Shown here: positions 39,501-52,200 of the stretch, in pieces
Layout of the letters: each line of letters opens with the position of its first letter
Position numbering within the stretch: position 1 is the stretch's first letter
Source: Azolla caroliniana
Taxonomy: Eukaryota; Plantae; Polypodiophyta
Assembly: GCA_043228905.1 (NCBI GenBank)
Contig: JBHGNT010000015.1
Span: 11,718,001 to 11,782,000, forward strand
Direction: 5' to 3'
DNA length: 64,000 nt
The notes under the pieces: model-generated
The model's input: only the letters and a program-made list of their open reading frames with translations
Told to the model about the DNA's origin: nothing
Databases searched by the model: none
Program-made: the position numbers and the translations under genes

Positions 39501-40512
39501 GTTACATTGGCAGTGGTTATTAGCTCAACGTTTGGAGCTTACTCAACATTGGGTCTGGTCTGACGGAGCTGCGTCACAATTCAAGGCTCGACGTCCATTT
39601 TATTTTGTGGGGAGGTATCCTGCTATAACAGGTTTGGAGATGAGATGGAATTTTTTTGGGTCTGGCCATGGTAAAGGTGAACATGATGGTGCAGGGGCTG
39701 TTATAAAGCGGGCACTTACCCATGAACAACTAAAGACAGATGGTGTGCACATGAATTGTGCATCACATGTAGTTGAATTTTTAAGAACAAATATGTCGAC
39801 GAGTGCCACAGGTGTTTATTCCTCGCAAGTTCGAGATATCAAACGTGAATTTTGGGAAGTGAAGATAGATGAAGTAAATAGGGAGAAGACCTGGGAGTGC
39901 CAAGGAATTCCCGAATTGCGATCTCTGCATGCTGTTCGCGGTTATTCCAGGTTGGATGGTCATTGTATTGCGGTTAGAGAATTGACTTGTTTTTGCTTCC
40001 ATTGTGTGCAGGGAAATTGGAGATATTGTCTAAACAAAGCATACATTCAGAATTGGGAGTATCACACTCTGAATGATAAGGAAGCAGTTGATGGAGAAAC
40101 AGGGCAGAATGCTGACTTCACATATGAGGGACTTGGAGATACTTTGAGTGATGTCCTGAACGTTGGGGATAACTTCGCTGTAAATGCTGAAGAAGGCAAT
40201 TCAGAGGGTGCTGATTTCTATATATTAAAGTGCACGGTTAGTAAACAGTGTGCAAGGCAGAATATTGTAGATGCATGGGGAAATTTTGTATCTCCCGGGA
40301 CATTCTACATCGAAGGCATTTTTTATGCAAAACTAGATGACTACGAATATGTGTACAGGCTGTTAGAAGACAAACCAGCGGCGTATATGTACTCTCATTT
40401 GGTCAGATGCATCAACGTCCCAATGTCAGAATACAATAGCTGCTCCGGTTTATACACTGTTGGTGCTAATGTGTATGAATGTATTTACAATAGCATGCCA
40501 TGGAATTTGTAG
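36585..40512 (+). CDS. Spliced DDD/E transposase (Sola2-like), about 863 aa; exons 36585-37334 and 38671-40512
   Basis: Phase-0 intron CAG|GTATTT...TACGCAG|GTC joins LLDVPQ to VDLFIRFKRMHP in frame. HTH-like ISELSKVIGVSRKTVYN, Cys-rich segments, and motifs VDFAENY, EIQSMHW, SDDKKHD, WSDGAASQFK, WNFFGSGHGKGEHDGAG. No stops. Confidence 0.88.
37380..38652. repeat. Array of the palindrome TAGCTAATTAGCTA (20-bp period in the core) filling the transposase intron
   Basis: Regular units from ~37720 to 38620 with 6-bp linkers CCATGA, CTAGGA, CTAGAC, CTACGA, CTAGAA; more degenerate at the edges. Confidence 0.97.
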
Positions 40513-40990
40513 CTACAAGTAGCACTTACCATGTTCTCTTGTAAAACAAACATGTATTTCGCGAAAACAGATCAATAAATTCGTTTGGAATCAATTTCTT
40601 GTATACAGTCTGCTTTCTGTGCTTCTTTCTCAATAAAATCATGTCTTTTTTGTTAAGTTTTAAGTTATAAGTTATAGCGAAATAGTCATCAGTAGCTAAT
40701 TAGCTGTACAAATGCAGCTAATTAGCTGTACAAATGTATTTACAATAGTATGCCATGGAATTTGTAGCTACAAGTAGCACTTACCATGTTCTCTTGTAAA
40801 ACAAACATGTATTTCGCGAAAACAGATCAATAAATTCGTTTGGAATCAATTTCTTGTATACAGTCTGCTTTCTGTGCTTCTTTCTCAATAAAATCATGTC
40901 TTTTTTGTTAAGTTTTAAGTTATAAGTTATAGCGAAATAGTCATCAGTAGCTAATTAGCTGTACAAATGCAGCTAATTAGCTGTACAAAT
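40478..40990. repeat. 255-bp tandem duplication spanning the transposase stop codon and 3' UTR
   Basis: GTATTTACAATAG(C/T)ATGCCATGGAATTTGTAG starts at both 40481 and 40736, and the following sequence is near-identical, including AATAAA motifs. Confidence 0.93.
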
Positions 40991-41136
40991 GCAGCTAATT
41001 AGCTGTCAATAGCTAAATAGTCATCAATAGAATGAAATCAACAATCTGCAACATATTCCTCAAATTACACAGTAGATAAGTACAGTGGGAACAAGTAATT
41101 AAATTCTTCATTGAATAATGTCATCTCTTTACATAT

Positions 41137-42191
41137 TTATAAATTACCATTGGAAATGTCTACAAATCTCCTATAAACAGCTAAGCTCTTGCTAGTCAGT
41201 GGAACGAGTCTACATATATTATCCGCATATTGAGCTCGGTATGGAGTCCACAACCATGCACCTAGTTGGCAGCTCACTGTTTGCACCAGGTACTGTTCAG
41301 GCATTTCCTCGGGTAGAATGAGACAGCATCTCCGAATATTGAAGTAGTGTCGGAAATGTTCTGTATCCAAAATCAATGTATTGTCAGCATTATATTCAGG
41401 CCAAGTAGCCCAAAAATCAGAAAGTCTCTTGAATCTTGCAGCTTCCATCTGCTCACAATTTTCTCGTGCCCATTGACCTTTAAAACGACTTCGCCATTTT
41501 GGGAAGAATCTTGCCAAACACTTCCACACATCTAATTTTGGTTTTTCACTCCAAATAAACAAATCAAAGTACTCCACAGCCCACTCTAGAAACTGATTTG
41601 CGTCCCTCCTTGGCTGCATATATCTCACACTCATCAAGACTTTATCCAGCTCCAAGATCAAGGCTCTTCTTTCGACTTCTAGTGGTTTAGGTTTCCATTC
41701 CTGAAACTGAGCCGCTGTTACACCATTTTCTGGTAGGATACGATCAATCTCAATCAGCTCAGGTTCGGCTGACACAACTAGTGTCCTTTTCCTCTTTAAA
41801 CCCCTAGTCGACTGTGTTGGGCCTAGCTTCACATTCTGGTGCTCTTGTTTTGTCGACTTAGTTATCAATCCTTGGATTACCTCAGTGCATGTAGCTACTG
41901 TTCTGCTCGATATCAGTCCACTGGTATCACATGCTGCATCTACCTGCAACACCAAGTCATCCGTGCTACATGCTGCATCTACCTGCAACACCAAGTCATC
42001 CGTGCTACATGCTGCATCTACCTGCAACACCAAGTCATCCGTGCTACATGCTTGATCAACTTGTGTGACCAGATCACTTGTGTCAGTTGCTACATCTACT
42101 TTCAAGATGGGGCCCTTTAAACATGCCGCAACATCAACAGTATCCACACTGCCATTGGCCTTACGAGCAATAGAATCAAACCCTTTAGACT
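41137..42191 (-). CDS. Terminal exon/ORF encoding 13-aa repeats plus an FCP1/SCP (NIF) HAD-phosphatase-like domain with a degenerate active site
   Basis: ALILELDKVL, RRDANQFLEWAVEYFDLFIWS, FKRLSDFW and YNADNTLILDTE follow the FCP1-homology pattern. (VDAACSTDDLVLQ)n repeats; NLS-like LKRKR; candidate acceptor GTTGCAG| at 42192. The upstream exon is uncertain. Confidence 0.7.
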
Positions 42192-42440
42192 CTGCAACAT
42201 CAGAAAACACCAACATATTCACACTCACAAAGTAACTAATAGTCTCACAAAACAATATCCTGAACATCAAAGAGTTTCAGTCATAGAACAACACTCTTCA
42301 AATTATCTTGGAAAAACATCATAGAGTTCCATTACATAATGTGGATCAAGCAACAACCAATCTGAGGTTTTACTTGTCCAACAGGATAGTAAAACTTCAT
42401 AAAACCCTAGCAAAATCCCTAAGCTAACAATCATATCCAA

Positions 42441-45400
42441 CTAAACAGTATTTCGCTCCACTACGTCTAGGCCCCTTGACCGAGTAACTGGTCTTGTTCC
42501 CGATCGTGGCCCCTTCTTCAGCCTTTTTCTGGTTGGTTCCCCATTTAGCCTTGCTTCTAGGACCCAATGCGCAAGTGTGTCCTCCTCCGACAACCTTCCC
42601 ATCGCCTCAGCAACTAATTGCACATCAGCCGTTTCTTGAACTAGCTTTTCAAGTACAGAGGGATCTGTTTGGACATTTTCAGTAGTTGGGCTCGGTGGGG
42701 TGGAATCAAGGTCTTGAGACTCGAAGAAATGTTGCATCAAGTGTTCATAAACACTGTTGTTGTGAACCTCAGTTTTACATGTTGTTTCCACTATTTCATG
42801 GCATTTCACATCGTTGCCTAATTCAGTACACTGTTCCAAAAGAATAGGGTGCAGCTGATCTGAAGGAGATGTGATAGCAGGACTCTTACTTTACTCAACT
42901 AATTAGGATAGCTAATTAGGTACTTTACTCAACTAGTTAGGATAGCTAATTAGGTACTTTACTCAACTATGGTAGTAGTTAGGATAGCTTATTAGCTACT
43001 AGGACAGCTAATTAGCTGCCAGTAGCTAATTAGCTACTAGGATAGCTAATTAGCTGCCAGTAGCTAATTAGCTACTAGGATAGCTTATTAGCTACTTTAC
43101 ACAACTATGGCAGTAGCTACTAGGATAGCTAATTCGCTAGGATAGCTAATTCGCTAGTAGGATAGCTAATTAGTTGCCAGCAGCTAATTAGCTAGTAGGA
43201 TAGCTAATTAGCTAGTAGGATAGCTAATTAGCTACTAGGATAGCTAATTAGTTGCCAGTAGCTAATTAGCTAGTAGGATAGCTAATTAGGTACTTTACTC
43301 AACTATGGTAGTAGCTAATTAGCTAGTAGGATAGCTAATTAGGTACTTTACTCAACTATGGTAGTAGCTAATTAGCTAGTAGGATAGCTAATTAGCTACT
43401 AGGATAGCTAATTAGCTGCTAGTAGCTAATTAGCTACTAGGATAGCTTATTAGCTACTTTACACAACTATGGCAGTAGCTAATTAGTTACTAGGATAGCT
43501 AATTAGTTGCCAGTGGCTAATTAGCTAGTAGGATACCTAATTAGCTTTTTTACACAACTATAGTACTAGCTAATTAGCTAGTACCATAGCTAATTACCTA
43601 CTAGGATAGCTAATTAGCTAGTAGGATAGCTTATTAGCTACTTTACACAACTATAGTAGTAGCTAGGATAGCTAATTAGCTACTATGGTAGCTAATTAGC
43701 TACTTTACTCAACTATGGTAGTAGCTAGGATAGCTAATTAGCTACTTTACTAACTATGGTAGTAGCTAGGATAGCTAATTAGCTACTTGACTAACTATGG
43801 TGGTAGCTAGGATAGCTAATTAGCTACAATGAAAGCTAATTAGCTACTTTCTCAACTATGTAGTAGCTAGGATAGCTTATTAGCTACTAGGACAGCTAAT
43901 TAGCTGCCAGTAGCTAATTAGCTACTAGGATAGCTAATTAGCTGCCAGTAGCTAATTAGCTACTAGGATAGCTTATTAGCTACTTTACACAACTATGTCA
44001 GTAGCTAATTAGCTACTATGATAGCTAATTAACTAGTAGGATAGCTAATTAGCTAGTAGGATAGCTAATTAGTTGCCAGTAGCTAATTAGCTAGTAGGAT
44101 AGCTAATTAGCTATTTTACACAACTATGCTACTAGCTAATTAGCTAGTACCATAGCTAACTAGCTACTAGGATAGCTTATTAGCTACTTTACACAACTAT
44201 GTCAGTAGCTAATTAGCTACTATGATAGCTAATTAGCTAGTAGGATAGCTAATTAGCTAGTAGGATAGCTAATTAGTTGCCAGTAGCTAATTAGCTAGTA
44301 GGATAGCTAATTAGCTTTTTTACACAACTATGGTACTAGCTAATTAGCTAGTACCATAGCTAACTAGCTACTAGGATAGCTTATTAGCTACTTTACACAA
44401 CTATGGCAGTAGCTAATTAGTTACTAGGATAGCTAATTAGTTGCCAGTGGCTAATTAGCTAGTAGGATAGCTATTTAGCTTTTTTACACAACTATGGTAC
44501 TAGCTAATTAGCTAGTACCATAGCTAATTAGCTACTAGGATAGCTAATTAGCTAGTAGCTCATTAGCTGCCAGTAGCTAATTAGCTAGTAGGATAGCTAA
44601 TTAGAAAAGACTAAGCTTATTAGCTACAGTATGGTATACCTGTTTGTTTTCTCCACTCATTTGGTAGAGTTGTACTGCAATCTCCCAAACAGAATGCAGC
44701 AATTCAACAGGCATGTTGAAAACAAAGCAGATGGTATGTGTGGTTGCATGGTTGTAGGTGAACCAACAAAGACGCAGTTTTGTCCTCCACACCTAACCTG
44801 CAAGCGATGCAACGTGCTTGAACTGTCAATAAATCATTTTTTGGTTCTACTTCATTTGGTAAGGGAGCAAGAATGTTCAGGTCCAAATCCTGTCTGGTCC
44901 TTACCATTCCCTCCACAAAATGTAGCTTCTTCTTAAGGCAGCTAACTACCTGTTCTTGATGAATGTATTGTTCCTTCAACGCAACAGAGAAATTTACCGA
45001 TTAATTATTCTTGTTGTTGAAAGATACACCAACTTTGCTCAGGAATCGTTAACTTACTTGAAGCTTATCCAAATTGTAATCTGCAACAGTATTTACACCT
45101 AGAAGGTCCAGGTTCATTGAAAGAACCTGGATCTCTATTTGCAGTTCTATTTTACGCTGGGGATCCAGTGGCCCCTCTAATTCAAGCTCCTGTTGCGCAA
45201 CCTATTCCAGATAATGCTTGATTAGCACATTTTACCCGTTATTTATAACACAATCACATACCAGCAAAACAATAGTTACCTGAATCTTATTTCTAATTGT
45301 TGTAACAGCAGAAGTAACTTTGCTCTCCATTGCAGAAGCCATTGTGGCTTTCTCTAAATCAGTCTTAAAAAATGCCAATGTCTCACAGGCTTCATGGACA

Positions 45401-46258
45401 TTTTTTAGCATATAGCTAACCAATGTCTCACCTGTATCATCGACATTGGCTTTCCTTGGGTGACATATGCCCCCGGTCTTGCTGGGAGTCGGCAGTTGCA
45501 TCAACAGCTGCCATGCTCCAAAATCTGTCTATTTTTTGTGCCAAGGTCCCCATCTTTCGGCATCTTTTTACCGATGCCTCACCATAGACTGCCCAAGCTA
45601 CCCTATACATTTCAGGGTCTCTAGATTCCTTCGCTGTTTTGCAGTACTCATATGCAAATGCTCTAGCAAATGAAACTAACAACTCATTGTTGACTGGGAT
45701 CTCCTGATGAACTTTCTGGTGCAGTCTCATGCAGTCATCGTACAAGTCGGCTCGTACATGCTTCAGCTTGACCTTGCCTTTGACTCTAGGCACTGTATAT
45801 ACTGTCATCCAGTCTATATCACTGATCAATTTATCACTTAGGACAGCAGGGTCAACACCCTCGAGTGACAGACCATAGGTGTTGTGGAAGTCCTCCTTTG
45901 TCTCGCAAAATTTTGCGAAGTTTAGCACTCTCGTATACGGAGGAACGAGCCATCTGAAATATCATTTCAGAAATCAGAAATAGTGCAAAATCAGAATATG
46001 TGAGAATCAAAAACCCCAATCAACAACAACAAAAATGGTGCAAAATCTTTAACTTAGCAAATCAGAAACCCTAATCATAATTTGTAATCAAATTTCTAAT
46101 TTGTAATCAAAATTTGTAACCAGAAACCCTATTCAGAAATTTCAATCACAAACCCTAATCAGAAATTTCAATCACAAACCCTAATCACTAAAGACAGGAT
46201 TAAACACAAAAAAAGTAATATAAACACACCTGTTGCTACTCCCCGATTTGCGAGACAT
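42441..46258 (-). pseudogene. Five-exon gene for a RING-finger protein; one frameshift and one in-frame TGA
   Basis: Predicted exons 46258-46230, 45953-45280, 45201-45058, 44973-44640 and 42859-42441, all GT-AG with matching phases. RING-H2-like CIAC...PCNHTYHLLC...FCLGDC. TGA at 44704, frameshift near 45520, basic C-terminus RKRLKK. Confidence 0.72.
42890..44628. repeat. Second TAGCTAATTAGCTA array, filling the last intron of the RING gene
   Basis: Same palindrome with linkers such as CTAGGA, GTAGGA, (G)CCAG and the longer CTTTACACAACTATGG(C/T)AG, arranged in higher-order blocks. Confidence 0.97.
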
Positions 46259-46735
46259 CCTTGTATGGGACTCCAAGGACTTCGCCCTATTCGATTTTGG
46301 GGAAATATGAATCGGCACCAAAGTTCAGACAGTAGTCAAAAAGAAAAAACAAATGTTTGGGGTTTCTATAACTGAAACATACCTGGACGATGATCGAGCG
46401 GGTTCTGTGTTGTAGCTCTCAATCTGCAATGTCGATTTTTTGCTGTTGCGGGAGCTACGTCTGCGTTCGTGCTCTGAGTACTCCATCTGCGATCAAAATC
46501 AGACTTAGGCTAAACAGGAAATTGATGACATTGAAGTCGACCTTAGATGATGGTGATATTCCCCAAGTTCCACTACGTCTGAAACAGAAGTTCAAATATT
46601 TGAGTTTTTTCATAAATTAGTTTTTCAAATATTTGATTTTCCCACAAGAAAGACTAGCTAAACAAATAGCTAATTAGCTATGGCCATTTTAGTAGCTAAT
46701 TAGCTATAATAGTGTTTCCACTCGCATGCTTTTAC

Positions 46736-46780
<45 letters not shown>

Positions 46781-49700
46781 ATACACACAACTCTATTAAA
46801 AAATAATACTCAATCTGTACATAGAATGTGCTCAGCGAGCACTTTTATACAAGTCCATACGGACTGACAGAAATGTTGACACGTACTTCAATGCTCATAA
46901 ATGAGGTCTACACTAACTCTCAAAATATATTCCTACACGGAATATCTATCCAATGGCCTTGCGGTTTACGCACTGCTATGGCTTCTTGTTGCGCACCAGT
47001 TTACACACCCGGTTTACGCACCAGTCCGGCCTAATCGATCAGTCCCAACCGATCCGGTTCTCGGCTTGTACATCCGAGTCGGCCAATGTTGAGCTTGTAT
47101 CTCAACACTCCCCCTCAAGCTCAACTTGGGGCTCTTTTGGTTCTTCTGGATCACCACTCCGGTTTCTTCTAGCTTCACGCCTCGCTCGCAGTCCTCGACT
47201 TGTTCGATTCCGCGCGCCTCGACCCTTCCGATCGGCGTGTGTGCTCGTACGACCCTTCTCAGCTCCCTTGTTGTCGCAGTATTGGCGCATTTTCGGCTGT
47301 CCTTTCTTCTGCTTGGCCCTCGGTTGATTCGGCGTCTCCGAATCAAACATCCGTACTGAATTGGCTTCCTCCGATCGGTTTTCGTTCTCATCCGAGTTGG
47401 CTTCATCTCCCCCACACGTGGCTGGCTTCGGCTCTTTCACGGATCAGCCCTCAGCTTCTTCAGCCGACCCGAAATCGAATTCTTCATCCGACTCGGCATC
47501 ACGGTCTCTTCCCCTCCTTTCCTGCTCCTTTCCGTGGTCTTTCGGGACTTCTCTCCGCCTCAAGTTCGGCACATTGAGGTGTAGCAACCCAAGCACACCC
47601 GAGAATTGGCGCAACTTGTTGAGACCAAGGGGCTTGGTGAAAATGTCGGCGGTCTGCCGATCCGTCGGAACATACTGAAGTTCGACTTCACTGGAGAGGA
47701 CACGCTCAGAGACAAAGTGGTAGTGCACCTCAATGTGCTTAGTCCGGGCATGGAAGACAGGGTTCTTCGCTAACTGGATGCTCCTGAGGTTGTCGCAGTA
47801 GATCGTCGTCGGATGGACACCTCCACCTACAGATCCTCAAGTAGCCGTTTCAGCCAGATGGCTTCGCATGTTGCGATAGCCGCTCCCTATACTCAGCTTC
47901 AGTGCTCGACACTGCAATTGTCGGCTACTTATTGCTACTCCACGCGATCGTAACGCTCCCAAGAGAGAACGCGAATATGGAGGTGGATCGGTAATCGCCG
48001 GCGTTTCCGACCCAATCAGCATCGGTGTAACCGACTAACTGCGCGACAATATCGGTCCGATATAGTAGCCCCTGGTCCTTAGTGCCACTAACATACCAGA
48101 GTACGCGTTGTGCGCACTGAAGGTGCTCCTTGATTGGCCGCGCCATGAACTGACTAATCACACCAATTGGGTAACTGAGGTCTGGTCGAGTGATAGTCAA
48201 GTAGATGAGGCTTTCCACAATCTGTCGGAACCTCTTCGGGTCGCAAACCTTTCCGGAGTCGGGGCGAAGCTTGACAGTTCTATCTAGAGGAGTCGAGACG
48301 GACTTACAATCTGCCATCCCGAACTTGAAGAGCATACCTAGCACGTAATGTCGTTGGCTGATCAATATGCCTTCGGGGGTATGGATCACTTTAATCATGA
48401 GGTAGTAATGAAGGTCCCCCAGGTCCATCATGTCAAATGATGCCACGAATTGGAGGTTTACGCGCTCGATTTCACCTAGGTTGGTGCCGGTGATGTCCAA
48501 GTCATCAACATAAAGTAAAATACAAACCGGCCCGAGTGGACCTTTCCAAATGAACAGTGAAGAGTCCGATTTGGACGTTGCAAATCCCATCCGACGCAAT
48601 CACTGCGTGATTTTCGCATTCCAAGCACGCGGGGCTTGCTTTAGTCCGTAAAGGGACTTCTTCAACCGGCAAATCGGCGAGGTGTTCATTCTGGAGTGAA
48701 ATCTGAGGGGTTGTACCATGTACACCTATTCCTCAAGCTCGCCTTGCAGGAACGCATTCTTGACATCCATCTGATGTAAATGCCACCCCTTCGCCGCTGC
48801 TACGGCTATTAGAACAAGCACGGTAGTCATCTTCGCGACAAGCGCGAAGATCTCGTCGTAGTCCACGCTATGCTTCTGCGCGTAGCCTTTCACTACTAAC
48901 CGGGCCTATTATCAATTGACCGAGCGCATGTCTTCCTCCATTGCGGTGCGTCAACTAGGTCCCAGGTTTCATTCTCCGCCAATGCACGCATCTCTTCTTC
49001 CATTGCAGCATGCCAATTTGCATCCTTCGCCGCTTTTGTGTAGCACTCCGGCTCACGCACTTCCGCTACACGCGTCATGTACGCATAGTGATGCGCCATG
49101 TACTCGTTCTATCCGAACCGCACAACAGGGTTCTTCTAGCAGGTAGATCGGCGTAACTGCTCATTAGCCGATGTTGAGGCTTTCTTGGCTGACGTAGACT
49201 TCGCTCTCGAAGGCCCATCATTGCTCTTCTTGTAGTCGGATTCGCGTCGATCCGACTCGCCCTAATCCGTGTCGTACTCTGGCATCTTCTTCTTCCCTTT
49301 TTCCTTGCGCGTAAATCGTCTCCTCGGCTTCCTGTGCAGGGAATGCACGGCCGAGTCTCCACTACGCCCCAACTCTTCTGCGAATTGGCCAAACCAACCC
49401 AGTCGCTCGTTCGGTCCACTTAGCCGAAATGAAATCGGACTCTCATCGAGAGTCTTGATTTCGCGGTCATCTAGAGGCATTTCAGCCTCGCTGACCTCAT
49501 CGTCAGAACTCAGGTCCGGAGATCCGGAGTTGGAGTTGAGGTCTGGAGTCGGAGGCAAGTACTAGGACGCGGACTCATCAAACATAACATTGCGGCTCAC
49601 ATGAGCTTGTTTGGTTCAGGGGTTATAACATTTATAACCCTTCTAATCGTTCGAATAGCCGACCAAGATACGCTTCTCGGCTTTCGCGTCCAACTTCCTC

Positions 49701-52025
49701 CGTTTCTCCTTCGGCACATGCACATACGCAATGCTACCGAAGACTCTCAAGTGTTGTATATTCGGCTTTCTTCCGAAATACAGCTCATGTGCCGACACTT
49801 TGTCTCCGATCCGATTCTGAATGTTGACCGCGGTTCGTACCGCTTCGGTTCAGTAGAACTTGGGCAAGCTCTTTTCTTCCAGCATTGCTTGCGCCGCTTC
49901 CACAACCGACCGATTTTTCCTTTCGGCTACGCCATTTTGCTCCCCGTTGTAACTGAATTCGCACCGAATTCCCATTTGTTGTAGATAACTGTTGAATTGG
50001 CCAGAAAAATGCTCTTTTCCGCCATCCGACTGTAGGCACTTGATTTTTCTCCCTGTTTCCCTTTCTACAAAGCTTTTGAGGTTCCAGAAACACTCGAAGA
50101 TTTCACTCTGCTTTTCAATGAGATAGATCCACGTGTGCCGCGTGTAGTCGTCAATGAAGGAAACAAAATATCGACTCCCACCAAGATTAACGTTCTGCGT
50201 TGGTCCCCATACATCCGAATGTATCAAGTCGAGCTTGTCCCGGCTCCGGTTACGCTCGTTGGGGAAAGGAAGTCGGTGTTGCCTCCCTAGTTGGTAGGCT
50301 TCACAAATTTGGGCCTTCCGGCCACTGAATTTGGGCAATCCAAACACAACTTGTTTCGATTGCAAGTCCCTAAGCCTTTGATAGTTGACGTGGCCTATCC
50401 TCTTGTGCCACAAGTCGATATCCGACGTGACATTTTGTCCTTTTGTGAACATTGTGGTGCCAACTTCGTTGGTGTCAAGGATGAACATCCTCCCATCTCT
50501 GCGCCCTTGCGCAATAACTTGGCCTTCCTCCTCGATGAAGCACCCGAGATGCGTGAACCGGACTTGCATCCCCTGGTCGACAATCTGCCCAACCAACACC
50601 AGATTCTTCATGATTGTCGGGACGTGTAACACATTCATGAGTTTCTGTTTTTGCCCGACATGGCTCAAGGGAACTTCACAGACATTCTCGATCAGATGCG
50701 AAGTGTCGTCTCCTGGTGCAACTACTCCCGGTTGCATCGGTTTCTCAAGGTATGAGAACCACTCCTTATGGTTCGTCATGTGGTTTGACACGCCGGAGTC
50801 AACGTACCACACCTCTTCATGTGATTTCGGGGTGGTATTCTTCATCGAGTTCGCCTCGTGTCTCATCACGAAGGTTGCCCCCTTTCCGACTTTTTTGGAT
50901 CCTTGGGCGTAGTGCGATCACTGTCGATTTCCTTTGTCGGTTTGTTCGGATCCGGATCCAATTTTCTCCAAATTGGCGCGCTTCTTCCAACACTCGCTCT
51001 CCTTGTGGCATTTCTTACCACATTACTAGCATTCCATGATGGGTTTCCCTTGTCGGTTCTCATCGCCTCGACTCCCCCTATTTTCGGAGGGTCCGGAATT
51101 TCTGTTGACATCATTTCAGGGTCTTCTTCCTTGATCCCGTTGGCCGCCTCCATTGCGCACCGACTCACCTCGTCCGCTACGACCACGGGGCCTATCTCCC
51201 TCCGTGTATATCATCTTGCTATCGGTGTTCGTACTCGTCGAAGCACCCGTGTGGTTCTCCTCTATAAGGAGCATTGACTGTAGGTCGAAAAATGATGGCA
51301 TATTCTCCCGTGTGCACACAGCAGTTCGGAATGCTCCAAACTTCGATGCCAGTTCCTCGAGACAAATTTGCACCATCTCGCCTTCCTCGACATTCACATC
51401 GATGGAGGCTAAGGTGCCGCATATATCTTTGATCTTCGAGGTGTAATCAGCCACCGACAAATCGCGTTGTCGCAAGTTGCTCAACTCCTATCGGAGTTGG
51501 AGCTTTCTAGCTGTGGTGCTTCTGGCGAAAATCCTTTTAAGATTTCCCCAAACATCCTTTGGCGTTTTCGCATCCCGATTATAGATTAGAAGTTGTTTGC
51601 CCACACAAGACGCGAAGCAGTAGAGAACTTTGCTCGCCGACTGTTCCCATGCCGGGAAGTCTTTGTGTGTCGAATCGGGTGCTGTGTCATTTGCTCCATC
51701 GACATAGATCCAATATCCATGCTCGAGTAGGTACTGGTGCATCTTGTACGACCAAGATGCGTAGTTGTTTCTTTCGAGCTTCTCGGTCGGAAGCGAGCTA
51801 GCCATGCCTCTATCCATTTTGTTTTCCTTGTTCTTTACAAAGGTTAGGTTTTCTTCTCGAGTTAAGGTCGACTGCAGAGGTTCTCAACCCTCGCGCTCTG
51901 ATACCATGTAGAAAGAACAAGGTGCGGAAGCAACAGAAAGCAGAACGTAGGAAAACACAGGTTTAATGGAGAGCTTGAACACACACAGAGTATGTCGGAG
52001 AGAGCGAGAGAGAGAGAGGAGAGAC

Positions 52026-52200
52026 TAGGTGGTCATGGGTTCAACCTCTACATTCCACCATGGCATCTAGTGAATTAAGAGATATATATGAAGTATATAA
52101 TAGAGAGAAGTGAGAAAATTCGGTTTCGAACCCAAGATGTGGTACTTGTAGTGTTAACAACATACCACTAGGGTAAGCTAATTACAATAATAATAATAAA
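52026..52200. mobile_element. About 175-bp insertion with tRNA-like boxes in the (GA)n tract of the copia 5' LTR
   Basis: Absent from the partner LTR. Contains GGGTTCAACC on + and TAGTGGTA...GGGTTCGAAACC on -; ends in (AAT)n. Confidence 0.55.

Larger units (their letters stand above)
35181..46737 (+). mobile_element. 11.6-kb cut-and-paste DNA transposon, Sola2-like, with cargo genes
   Basis: 25-bp TIRs GGGT(G/A)AAAGCATGCGAGTGGAAACA at 35181-35205 and 46713-46737, one mismatch. Inserted in a (GA)n tract with AGAG on both sides. Removing it rejoins the copia LTR. Superfamily call rests on recalled motifs. Confidence 0.88.

Noticed and set aside
37380-44628. Palindrome plus variable linker arrays as CRISPR-like memory arrays
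   Set aside because: Linkers are short and come from a few related variants that recur in blocks, as expected from slippage rather than spacer acquisition.
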